NCBI GenBank assembly: GCA_043228905.1
Contig: JBHGNT010000003.1
Span: forward strand, 23,684,001 to 23,748,000
Reading direction: 5' to 3'
Source: Azolla caroliniana
Taxonomy: Eukaryota > Plantae > Polypodiophyta
DNA: 64,000 bases
Positions 26,400-39,473 of the stretch are shown piece after piece. Under the pieces are notes generated by a model. The model had not been told where the DNA came from. It ran no database searches and saw only the letters and a list, made by a program, of their open reading frames with translations. A program made the translations under genes and the position numbers. Each line of letters starts with the position of its first letter. Position 1 is the stretch's first letter.

Positions 26400-28300
26400 A
26401 TTCAACATACACCAATTATTTTTATTTTCCACGTCACGATACAAGCTTAGTTTTGTTGTGCAAGAGTTCAGACAATATTAACGTTTTTTTCCTCAAAGAT
26501 TCAATAGACTATATTGAACCAAGAAGAGTCTTTACTTTTGGTTCAGAACTTGCTATGGTTGAATCTCTTCCACAACTGTTCAGAACATTTTGGATTATGA
26601 AAAGATAGAAGATATTTTAGATTTTATTATCATCCCCAGATGAAATATGAACTATAGGAGGAAACGTGAAATGTTTTCACATAGTATGCATGGAATCCAG
26701 TTGTGATTTGCAATGTGCAAAAATTGTAGCAATGCACATTCCATTTGAGAGTGCTTAGTATCACTGTAAAAGAAATTTAAATACGGAGTGGACCAGATTG
26801 ACAATTCGTGGTAAACAAACTTAAATATGGTCAAAGGCCGAAAATATATCAAAATGTGATAATTATCAAAGTTGTTCACAAAGAAATATCTGCAGTGGAT
26901 AAGTCATCTCACCTATGTCGTACATCCTTGTCTCAGAAGCGTTGCCTTCTAAAGTTTCACCATTTTGAAACTATGATTTGTTATAATCAAGCATTTTCGC
27001 ATTTATACTCATGTATTCAAATCCTTCGTCCTTGTGCAAATACTCATTTATGATGAATATTATAAAGTTGAATTCTTTTATCAGAGAATTCATTGACCAA
27101 GTCAAAATTTGGGAAGTGATCCAAGATACTTTCCAAATACTACATTGTTAATCACACTACTTTTGTATCTGTAATAAGCACTTGGAATGCAATTGTAAAC
27201 ATCCATTTGGAACCCAAACGCTTTTGCTATAATTTGTCTTTAAATTTCTATAATTGCATCCCATACATCTCTAAGAAGTAAACATGTGTTTTTTTTGTAA
27301 ACCTTAATCATGCACTCAACATCCCTTTCCATGGTCATAACTGAATGGGACATGCATTGTTTAGGATGCGGGAGCATGTATTGTCCATATGTAGCTTGAC
27401 CCAGTAAAACGTCAAAGAAAGCATTTGTAATCATTTGCAAAACCAGATACTCAATAATAAATCTAATCACCCATATGTTCGCTCATGCATCACTTACCCA
27501 GACTATTGAATATTTCAGAGCGGATAATGATATGCTTGCTAGTTTTGGCAGGTTTGCCTTTACCTATGTTACACCTGCTTGTTTTATAGATTCTTGGGTT
27601 TGATTTTGCTGTGCATTTTTCTGAGATTGTATTGAAGCTATTTCGGAGAACATGTTATGTTTCCTTGCCATTTGTTCTCAAAGACCCTTTGGAGCTATGC
27701 ATCAAAACATTTCGATGTAGTGAAAGCATCGATAGTGTTCACTAGGTTCTAATATGACCCCAATGATAATCAAAACTTGAATCAAAAGATAATACTTCAA
27801 ACCATTCATGAATATACATCTATCTAATGTGTTCTGTTTGTGTGGTTGAGAAGCTTAGGACCTTTTTTCATTGTTTAGTGAGACATGCAGATCTTTGGGC
27901 AAACGGATCTACCAATTGTGCCATTCAGGTATGGAATCAAACGAATACTACCTATGCCATTGTGATTCTTTTTAAGAAATAAGACAGATATGCTATAGCC
28001 TCTGTCAACAAAGCTTTGGCTCACTAGCCAAGGTAAAGTAATTGTCGAAGAACAACTATTCAAACACAACAACTGAGCTGTGGTTGTGCAAAGATCTACG
28101 GAAGAACGAAACTGCCAATTCTGCCATGAGGAGCTGGAAATCCAAAGAAGACCATGTACACAGGGTAATCGAATACGAGAGTGCCGTGAGTGTTTTTCTC
28201 CTCTCAATTAGGAGACAAGTGTAACTTGGATCAGTCCATGATGAGGATTTTTAAGTGTTTTTAAAGTCCATCCAAGGCTAATGTTTAAGTTCCATTCAAA
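26400..28300 (-). mobile_element. Possible very old DNA-transposon (hAT-like) transposase relic
   Basis: Only eroded motifs remain on the minus strand, such as IPCILCE...IIKSK resembling the hAT dimerisation region and CFHYIE resembling CxxH. No TIRs were seen. Confidence 0.25.
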
Positions 28301-29559
28301 TAGATCGTTGGCACTATATGGATTTCATTAATTGATCGTTTGGTCTTGTAGGACATTTTGCTATTAAAATAGTGGCTCATTATCAAACCAATTACTATAC
28401 AATTTAATGAATTGTTCAGACTTCTTTAGTGCGTTATGAATTGTTTCCCATTTTTTGCAACAAGATGTGTACAAATATATACTTTGGACTTTTCATGTCA
28501 TGGGTAAAACCCATGTCTTTAGTTGATTTCATTGGTTGTGTTTAGACGAGCTTTGGAAGATTTTTATAAGATGTAATTACAGGATACTATCAACAAATCC
28601 CTCTATATTTGTATGAGTTTGAGAATTTATAGTGTGCAAGGAGAACCTGTAATGAGAAACTGAGGAAGGTGCAATGTCAATTTAACCATTTAGTAAAGAG
28701 TTTGTTGGAATCCTGCATTTAAACCACCATTTTCTAACAGATCTATATTAGATATGATCTATCTACTTAAAATAAGTAGAGTACATTCCCAAGTTAAATA
28801 AGAAGTTATGAATCTAGGACCTAGGCTCATTGTTACTTTTGGTAGACTTTTTTAATAACTATAATTTTGTATATATATAAATATAAATACCGCTATTTAA
28901 GAAGGTAAGAGTTGTATATATATAAATATAAATATAGTCTATGAGAATAATTAAAAAAATTTAACGTTTGCGAGAACACAAATACCGAAGTGCCTTAAAT
29001 GAATTAGCGTAAACAGAACTATTTCATGATTATATGATAGAGGAGGAACTCCGATGAGAGATATATCATTTGGATTAGGGACCTCCGAGAAATTGGAACA
29101 GCAACTGATGATAAGGTAGCGAATCCGAGGATGGAGACTATTTCTCCTCTACGATTCCTTAAAAATCGTATATTGATTATTATTCTCTGACTCTTTTAAG
29201 GTAAGCTTTCATGAAAGAGGTCATTGATATCAGCTGTTCGCAGTTATGAATATAGATATTTGTGTATGTGTTTTATATGATGTGAGCTAGATTCGTCGGT
29301 CTCCTAAACCCACCGACACCTCCGCTTTCATTTTCATCCTCATGTCGCAGTCATGCTGCCCACTACCATGGTCTCTCTCCTAATCGATTGCCTCTGTTGT
29401 AAGAGAACTAGAAGAAGAAGTCGAATTTCCGCATATATGAGTCCTAGAGACCTCCCTGCTTCTGCTGTCTACAAAGGTATTTTAGTCTCTCACCTCCTTC
29501 CTCAAATGCGTACAGGCTATCGGGGTGATTTATATAGATCCAATTTTTGAGTTACATGT

Positions 29560-32500
29560 TTCTAATTTAGTGATGACAGGTTAACAACCGGGATATTTTG
29601 CTATGCATCGTCTCTGCAACATCTTGACTAGTGGATGCTTTATTTGAGTCCATCAATAGATTCGGAGCTTGGTTCGTACAGCTGCACTCTACATGTTACC
29701 ATTCCTGTGAAAATGCTTTGTTTATCAGCCTTTTCTGTAATTTCATTACCTGTGTTTTCTTACAGGTGTCAATCTCTTAGGACCTATGTATTATAATGCA
29801 AAAAATAATTGGAGAGTGTATGCCTTGACTACATTCATCCCAATGTGTATCGGAAGAGAAGTTGACCATGTTTGACCCTGGAGTTACACAATCTCTGCCT
29901 CTGTTGACCAATATTCACAGCGCTGCTCTGGAGGAAAATGGCCAACTGTTATGATGTACTTTGTATCTGTTATGACTACAATTCAATTTCAAGCTGACTC
30001 TGTGTTCCTTAAAGCGTCTCCCATAAATTAATTCCTTTTGGCTTTGGTAGCTCACATTATTACATGGCCCATTGTAATTACCAGATTCATGATACTTCTA
30101 ATACTCTGCTGGTGAGTAGTGCTTTTCTTGATATTCCTGGTGGACAGCTGCAGAATCCAGGCACCGATATATACTGATGCAAACAGAAGAATCTCATGAT
30201 CCAGTCATAAGGAATTGCATCTGGATAGGTCCACCTTTCTCACTCCAATCCCCATCAATCTCTCCTCAAGAAGAAGAAGACGCCCGTTATTGAGTCGTAG
30301 AGAATTTGATAAGGGTAATAGGCACCTTTCTGACTTCGATCCCAATCAATCTCTCCACGAAATCAACCTAAAGCACCTCAAGCCCTCTCAGTAGCCCACA
30401 ACTGCCATATCACGCTTCATATTGGATTGGTTATAGACATTCGCAGGATCAGCTATTGTGGGACATCTCCATTCTTTACTACAACAGGTGTGTTTGAGAC
30501 CATACTTGCATTTTGAGCATGCCATACACAATTCTCTTTATATTATCACCCGTGGTGACAATCTAGAGTGGGGGACAACATCCAGCAGATCATTCAGAAT
30601 AAAGCTTTCGTAACATTGTCTAGTTATGTGTCATATAAAGTCATCTTTATCATTTTCTGAAAACACATAAAGCTACATTTTGTAGGAGGAAGTACTGTGG
30701 AGATGCTCTAGTATGTAGGAGCATCTGTAGGTAGCCTCCTGTGTGTGTAGGCTGATCTGCATGTTCATTGGTCTAGAGGATATCATACTAATCCAAACTC
30801 ATCAGGTAGTGAGTGGTGGTAAGGGCACATAGTATTCCATGCTGGCTGGAGTGCAAAGTTGACAAGGTGTTCTATGATTTCCATGATCTTTACTGGTGTT
30901 GTCGATATGTCTTGTATTGCGTTACGCATGGTCTTAGTTATGACATCAGTCGTCGTCTCAAAGTCTTTGTGCCCTGTATCAGTTGGTAGCAAGTTCAAGA
31001 TGCTGAGGCCTTTGTTTTTGAACCAACGTATGTACTGCTATGCTCTCAAAGATCAGTAATGGTATGTCCCCTATATCTTGTATTATGTTGCCCATGGTCC
31101 TATCATGCTATCGTGGTTTCCTTTTATGCATTAAAAATATTACCTTGAATTGTCTGGGCGGTATTGTTCTTTGAGTACATTTGTCTAGAGGCCAATTTGT
31201 CTATAAGATATGTACGGAGTTCTTTGTTGCTATTCTTTATCACTGTTGTTGAATTACCTTGTCTACTGTTAGTACGAAGCTCCTTTTTCCAATTCTGTTA
31301 TCATGGCTTAAAATTCTTTGAATTGCATGGTTCTGATTTGGTGGATGACATGATAACAACCAGGATATTTTGCTCTGCGTCATCTCTGCAACATCATGAC
31401 TAGTGGATGCTTTATTTGTATCCATTAATAGATGGGTAGCTTGGATTGCTACAGCTGCACTCTACATGTGACCATTCCTATAAAAATGGTTTGTGAGTCA
31501 GCCTGTTTTGTGATTTCATTATCATTGTTTTCTTACAGGTGTCAATCTCTTAAGGCCTATGTATTATAATGCAAAAAGTAATTGGAGATTGTCAGCCTTG
31601 TCCACATGTCTAGACATCTGCCTCTGCAGACCAATATTCACAGGGCTGCTGTGGAGGAAAGTGTCCAACGTTTGTACGTACTTTGCATCTCTTATGACTA
31701 CAATTCAATTTAAAGCTGACTTTGCATCTCTTATGTACTTTGCATCTCCCATAAATTAATTCCTTTTTGCTTTGGTAGCGCAGGCATTACTCTGCTCGTG
31801 AGGTTTTTCGTGATATTCCTGGTAGACAGCAGCAGAATCCAGGCATTGATATGTGCTGATTCTACAAGAAGAAGCCCATGACCAAGTAATAAGGAATTGT
31901 ATCCGGATAGGTGCACCTTCTCACTCCAATCCCATCAATCTCTCCTCAAGAATAACAAGAAGCCTAGGATTGAGTCATAGATAATTTGATAAGGGTACGT
32001 GCAGCTTTCTGACTACAATCCCAATCAATCTCTCCTATGAATTCAACCTAAAGCCCCCCAAGCTCTCTCAGCAGCCCAAACCTAGGCTTGAACTGGCTAG
32101 TTTTATGGAATAGCCGTTTCTAGGATCAGGTATTGTGGGATATCTCCATTGTTTATTGCAACTGGGAAAGGCATTTATTTTTTTATGATGCTTGGTTGTG
32201 TATTTGCATTGTGTTTCAGATCTTAGTTGCATTTGAGCATGCCATACATAATTCTCTTTATATTATCACCTGTGCGAGACTATACTATTTATGCTTGGAC
32301 AGCATACAGCAGATCATTCCGAAGAAAGGTCTTCGTAAAATTGTCTAGTTATGTGTCATGAAAAGTCATGTTTATCATTTTTTGAAAACATATCCTGCAT
32401 TTTGCTGGAGGGCGTACTGTGGAGATGATATAGTATGTAGGATCATGTGTAGGTAGCCTCCTGTGTATGTGTAGGCTTGTCCGCAATCAAAGAGGATAGC

Positions 32501-35500
32501 ATACTCATCCAAACTCATCAGGTGGTGAGTGGTGGTAAGGGGACACAGTACTTCATGCTGGCTGGAGTACAAAGTATACAAGGTGTTCAATGATCACCAT
32601 GATCTTTACTGGTATGGTTGATATGTCTTGTATTGTGTTACCCATGGTCTTAGTTATCACATCAGTTCTCTTCTCAAAGTTCTTGATGCCGAGGCCTTTG
32701 TATTTGAACTACCTTATCTACTACTATGATCTCCATGATCAGTAATCGTATGGCCCCTATATCTTGTGTTATGTTTCTCATGGTCTTAGTTATTACATTC
32801 CATCCCCTTCACAAAGCCCCTGTGGCAAGTTCTTGATGCTGAGACCTGTGTTTTTGTACTATATTTTCAATTGTCAGTACGGAGTTCCTACCTCCTATCA
32901 TGCTACCTTATCTATTGCAATGATCTGTAGGCTCATCTGTATTTCAACTGTAGGATCATCTGTACGTAATCTCCTGTGTATGTGTAGGCTCATCTGTATG
33001 TCAACTGGTCTAGGGGACATGGTATTCCATGCTGGGTGCAGTGCAAAGTTGACAAGACGGTGAGTGATCTGCATTATCTTGTAGGGTCGATATATCTTGT
33101 ATTGTATTACGCATGGTCTTAGTTATTACATCAGTCCTCTTCTCAAAGTCTTTGTGCCCTGTATCAGTTGGTAACAAGTTCAAGATGCTGAGGCCTTGAT
33201 CAGAAATGGTATTGCCCCCATATATTGTAATATGATGTTCATAGTCTTAGTTATTACATTCTGTCCCCTTCTCAATGCCTCTGCCTTGGTTCAGTGGGTG
33301 GCAAGTTCTTAATGTTGAGGACTTTGTTTTTGAACTACTCTTTCCGCTGTCAGTACGGAGTTCCTTCGTCCAATCATACTATCATGCTTTACTTCTATGC
33401 ATGAAAAATATTACCTTGAATTTCTTTAGGTGGTATGGTTCTATGCGTACGTTTGTCTAGATGCCAATTCGTCTATACGATATGTACGGAGTTCCTTCGT
33501 CCTATTCTTTGTCACTGTTGTTGAATTATCTTGTCTACTGTTAGTGTGGAGTTCCTTCTTGCTATTCTGTTATCATGGCTTAAAATTCTTTGAATGGCAT
33601 GGTCCTGATTTGGTCGATGACAGGATAGGATTCTTCACCAAGCTCCAGAGATAACACGGGGACCCATTAACTTCTTCAAATTGGATCGACCAGGATATGT
33701 TGCTATGCATCATCTCTGCAACATCATAACTAGTTGAGGAGCTTGGATTCCTACAGATGCACTCTACATGTGACTATTCCTATGAAAATGGTTTGTGTAT
33801 CAGCCTGTTTTGTGGTTTCATTGTCAGTGTTTTTTAACAGGTGTCCTCCCAATGTGTATTACAGAATGTCTAGACATTTGTCTCTGTGAACCAATATTCA
33901 CAGCGCTGCATTGGAGGAAAATATTCAACTGTTATGATGTACTTTGCATCTCTTTCAACAACAATGCAATTTCAAAACGACTCTGTGTGCCTTTTGGCTT
34001 TGATAGCTCATATCAATACATTACCCATTATAATTACCAGATTCATGATACTTCTGATACTCTGCAGGTGAGTAGTGCTTTTCGTGATATTCCTGGTGGA
34101 CAGCAGCAGAATCCAGGCACTGATATGTACTGATGCAAGAAGAAGCCAATGATGAAGTCATAAGGAATGGTATCCGGATAGGTGCACTATTCTCACTCCG
34201 ATCCCCATCAATCTCTCCTCAAGCAGAAGAAGCCTATGACTGAGTCGTAGAGAATATGAGAAGGGTAACATACACCTTTCCGACTCCGATTCCAATAAAC
34301 TGTTGTTCCATAATTGCATATTTAATCTTCAAAAGTAGATTCAAGAGACTGTCAGTACAGAGTTCCTTCATCCTATCATGCTATCATGGTTTACTTCTAT
34401 GCATGAAAAATATTACCTTGAATTTCTTTAGGTGGTATGGTTGTATGCGTACGTTTGTCTAGATGCCAATTCCTCTATAAGATATGTACGGAGTTCCTTC
34501 TTCCTATTCTTTGTCACTGTTGAATTATTTTGTGTACTGTTAGTACCGAGTTCATTCTTGCTATTCTGTTATCATGGTTTAAAATTCTTTGAATGGCATG
34601 GTCCTGATTTGGTCAATGACAGGATAACAACCAGGATATGTTGCTATGCATATCTTTTAACTACAATTCAATTTCAAAATGACTCTGCATGCCTTTTAAG
34701 CGTCTCCCATAAATTGATGCCTTATTGCTTTTATAGCTCATATCAATACATTCATGATACTTCTGATACTCTGCTGGCGAGTAGTGCTTTTCATGATATT
34801 CCTTGTGGACAGGAGCACTTTTCTTACTCCAATCCCCATCAATCTCTCCTCAAGCAGAAGCTTACGATTGAGTCGTAGAGAATATGAGATGGGTAACATG
34901 CACCCAATCAATCTCTGATCAAGTCATAAGGTATGGAATCCGGATAGGTGCACTTTTCTCACTCCGATCCCCATAAAGCTCTCCTCAAGCAGAAGAAGCC
35001 TATGATTGAGTCATAGAGAATATGAGATGGGTAACATGTACCTTTCTGACTCTGATCCCAATCAATCTCTGCTATGAAATCAACCTAAAGCACCTCACCC
35101 CATCTCCGCAGCCCCTAATTTTCCTAAACCGGTTAGTTTTGTGGAATAACCACTGCTCTGTCTCGGTACATGTTGGATCGTCTGTAGGTAGCCTCTTGTG
35201 TATGTGTATGCTCGTCTGCATGTGAATTGGTATAGGGGATATCATTTTGATCCAAACTAATCAGGTGGTGAGTAGTGGTAAAGTGGGGAACATTGTATTA
35301 CATGCTGGCTGGAGTACAAAGTTGACAAGGTGTTCTATGATCTTCATGATCTTCACTCGTATGGTCCGATGTATCTTGTATTGTGTTGCCCATAGTCTTA
35401 GTTTTTACATCAGATTTCCTTTTCTTAAAGTCTTTGTGCCTTGTATCAGTGGGTAGCCAGTTCTTGATGCTGAGGCCTTTGTATTTGAACTACCTTATGT

Positions 35501-37205
35501 AAGACTATGGTCTCCAAGATCAGTAATGAATGGTATGGCCCTATATCTTGTATTATGTTTCTCCTGATCTTAGTTATTACATTCTGTCTCCTTCTCAAAG
35601 CCTCTGACCCTTGCATCAGTGGGTTGCAATACAGAGTTCCTTTTGAGGCTGCTCATGTTTTTAAACTATCCTTTCCACTTTCTGTACAGAGTCCCTTCAT
35701 CGTATAAATGACCAATGTGGAAAAGAATAGAGTGATCCGAACAAGATATTATTAACTTAGAAAACAAGATAACATGGATTTGTCAGCAGGCCACCTTATA
35801 TGGACATACATCTATCTTGTGCGCTACGTAGTGTGATAGGGCGGCTGCGAACTTCATCACATTAGCTACAAATTGAGGTAGGCAAATATATACGACTACC
35901 TCTAGAAGAGAGAATTTGCCAATTGTGACATCAAGGAGTGGAATCTTAAGAACACTATGTTTGTCATTGTAGTGTCTTTTCTGAAATCAGAGGGAGATAG
36001 CTTTACCTCTTTAAACAAGGCTTTGGCCCACTACGCAAGGTATTGGAATATGAGGACCATCGATGCCTAGGACTTTTCTTGCTAGAGCTCAAGAGACATA
36101 GGGAAAAGTTGTTGAAGAATACAACCACACAAGCTCATCCACAAAGAACAATCACAACTTTCTTTAGCCCCATCACTCCTAATGCTAGAAGTCAATATAG
36201 AAATGGGATCCAGACTAGGATATAACAAAGGGGTTACAATTGATCGGGCAATGACAATTTGCCGTGCACGTAGGCCCTGGCCCATGGACCACAACCTCGA
36301 CACCCTTGTCATTGACAGATAAAAGCCATTATCTCCCGCCATTGTAGGTGCTTCCCTCACTTCGGAGACATTTCCATTCTGGATCAACCTATGCTACAGA
36401 TCTTTCGAAGACAAAAGCTACAATATACCTAACTTGAGGATCTTAAATGTGCCAAAAACCAGATTCCCTCTTTTCTTTTCTTTTCATGGTATTTACTTTT
36501 ATATTTCCTGTGTAATATTTACTTTATTTTGATTTGTTCTCAAAGACGAGAAAACATTTAAGATGTAATCTCTTATTCGGTCTTATAGGCCATTTTGGCC
36601 TCTTAAAAGACGTTAATAGATCTTTCTTTCTTTCTTTCTATAGTGAACACCTACATTATATAGAAGCCTCAGTTTAGTTGTCTATATTGAATGCATGGGA
36701 GATTCTGATAGACCTTATGAACAGTTACTAGAAGCCCTGTTAACTGAAATAATAAAACAACGAATACAAATTGTGATCTCTTATTTGGTCTTATAGGCCA
36801 TTTTGGCCTCTTAAAAGATGTTAATATATCTTTCTTTCTTTCTTTCTTTTGAGTACGCTTGTCTAGATGCCAATTCGTCTATAAGATATGTACAGAGTTC
36901 CTTCTTCCAATTCTGTTATCATGGCAACAACCAGGATATTTTGCTATGCGTTGTCTCTCCAAATCATGACTAGTGAATACTTTATTTGTGTCCATCAATA
37001 GATGGGGATTTTGGATTCCTACAGCTGCACTCTACATGTAACCATTCCTAAGAAAATGGTGTATTCGTCTGTTTTTTTATTTCATTATTGGTGTTTTTTA
37101 CAAGTGTCGCAGAAAGAAGAAGAAGCCCATGATTGAGTTGCAGAGAATATGATAAAGGTAACATGCACCTTTCTGATTCTGATCCCGATCAATCATTCCT
37201 ATGGA
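29560..37205 (+). repeat. Complex mosaic tandem array, 4-5 diverged units of ~1-2.3 kb with internal sub-duplications
   Basis: The marker GGATATtTTGCTATGC occurs at 29591, 31363, 33693, 34634 and 36934. ACTCCAATCCCCATCAATCTCTCCTCAAG-like copies occur at ~30242, 31923, 34195, 34826 and 34961. The GTCTTAGTTATTACAT module repeats many times. Confidence 0.9.
35708..36850 (+). mobile_element. 3' fragment of a second RTE-X-like LINE with a duplicated 3' tail, inserted in the array
   Basis: Decayed frame TSSH*LQIEVGKY..PLEERICQL*HQGVES*EHYVCHC at ~35850-35970. The tail GGTCTTATAGGCCATTTTGGCCTCTTAAAAGA plus (CTTT)n occurs twice, at ~36568-36639 and ~36776-36850. Confidence 0.8.
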
Positions 37206-39473
37206 ATAGGTACTGCTACTTCTTCTTTATGCTGAATGCTGAATTCCGCCTCCCAGAACATTCTTTACTTGTTCTATGTATGGGCATTTTGTGTTACCAA
37301 TCACATTAAGAGTCCATCTCTTTTAATATCATGTTTTTTTTATTGATAATATCATGTTCTTTACTTATTCTATGTATAGGCATTGAGTGTAATTTCTGTC
37401 ACATTGAGTGTTACTAATCACATTAAGAGGCCATCTCTTTTAATATTATGTTCTTTTTATTCGTAATGTTTTTGATAGTCTGAAATCCTCATTTTCCTTT
37501 TCTGCATCTCTGTTTGTTCCTTTGTTATATCAATTTGCAATTTCTTGGTCCTATTTGTTTTCAAAGTTGTTATATTTAGACGTATAGTTTCCCAAGTCTG
37601 GGTTCCAGTATCATCATCTGTCATTATCTCCAGGATGATTCTCGAATTTCCCACAGTTGGTAACAACTGATGTACCTATATTTTGATACAAAACCCACGT
37701 ACCTTTTCATATTGATGGTTTCTTGGTATTTTTCATTTTCCTGTGGTAATCCTGTTTCGTCATTTCAGGCAATTCATATTGATGGTTTGTATTTTCTAGC
37801 GTATCCCTTTCTTGAATTTCCATCCCCTGAAGTTTAGTATGATTATCCCCAGTGTTAAACTATTCTCTGTTCATTATACCTCCTGTCTTTGGTAAACTTG
37901 TATGGTTAAAGTGTAAATAGCAAGTTCAGGCTAACCTCTCATGTTTGACGGAAACATACGAATGAAAAAAAATCGGTATTTTGAAATCTGATGTGGTTTT
38001 CTCTCTTACTTATCAATGACTTGATGTTATTGTGTCTTGTGCATTTAGTATGCATTGTTTGTTTATGCCAAACACAATGAATTTACCAAAGCAATAGAAT
38101 GTAGGAACAAGTGACTGGTTGCTTCGCTTGTTGCAGCAGAGGTTGTCAGGACCTATGTTTGAACATCAAGGTTACTGTATTTTCATTTTCCTATTCCTTG
38201 ACTTTCGATCATTTTCAACATTGATTTTCATGCAATTCATTATACTTGGATTGTTCCTCAACCCAAGAGGAATGGAAAACTGCTGGCTTTGGAAACCTGG
38301 AAATCTGATGTCATCCATCTAACAGTGGGTTGTATCATATTTTATTTTTTCATGCCATCAATTTACTATATGTAAAATAGTCCAGAGGATCAAGTATCAA
38401 GTGTCAGGATTTATTTAGACTATGGCAGACTGCAGCTCAGGGAGGCTTCAAATGCTAACAGCTTCTAATACATGTTTCTAACAGCTTCAAGGTCGATGAA
38501 TTGATTTATTGTACAAAAGTATGATTTTTTAGTTAAGAGGGTTGAGGGTCAAGTGCACATACATAATCAACCTGCTTGTTGTAACCAGAAAAGAAGCAAA
38601 ACTGTATTAAATCTGAAATAATCATCTGTCTAATAAAAGGCACAAGATGACACATCACAGTCTCGGCCTCAACAATGAAGAATCCCTTGGACTATACGAG
38701 TAGGACACTGCGGTGCTCCCTAGAAGCAGCCCAAAATAAAGTCAAGGCAACGCACCGAAATCATCTATGGTTATTATGAAATAATTTCATTTTGAAAGAA
38801 ATAATCTGGAATGTGGATTCATGTACAGGCTTCTTCAAACATGCAGCTTCTCTAGTCTAGCCAAACACTATGTGATTTCATCCTCCACTCAAATTTTGTG
38901 TCACATCCTCTTGATTTTTTCTCTTCATATCATAGATTCAAATTATATATTGGCTGTTATGCGAAACCTGTGTTACAATTTCTCATTGAGTAAGCAAAAA
39001 CGTATGAAATCTGAAGCCGTTCTCTCTTTTTGCTAGCCTGGAATTCTCTAATCTTGTCTCTTGGGTTCCAAGAGGATTTTGATTGCAGTGTGGTGCTCTT
39101 GCTTTGTGTCGGTAAACCTTCTGTATTCTTAGCAGTTGGACCATCAATTATGTTTCATAGTGGCCACATTAATGTAAGACTAACTAACTGCTGAGAATCA
39201 TGATGAAGTGTACGTGAGAGTTTGCCCTTAGATGGCTGCACTGGATATAATATAGGAATCCCCAATATTAGTCCAAATCGAATGCTTTTGTCATTGAATT
39301 GCATATTTAATCTTCAAAAGTAGATTCAAGAGACTCTTCCCCATAAAGGGTTTTTTGGACATAGTTTTGGTCGATAAACACATCACAAACCAAAAATATG
39401 AGGTTGTATAAAGTTACCAAATATATTAGGGACAATATCCATGTCATGCAGTTTCTTCTGAAACTTCCCATCA

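Noticed and set aside
30180-35700. LRR-like (VRKVDLSRCNSL) or F-box-like (SCYHGLLLC) peptides in the mosaic array
   Set aside because: The motifs are short, not conserved between units and not part of any continuous frame.
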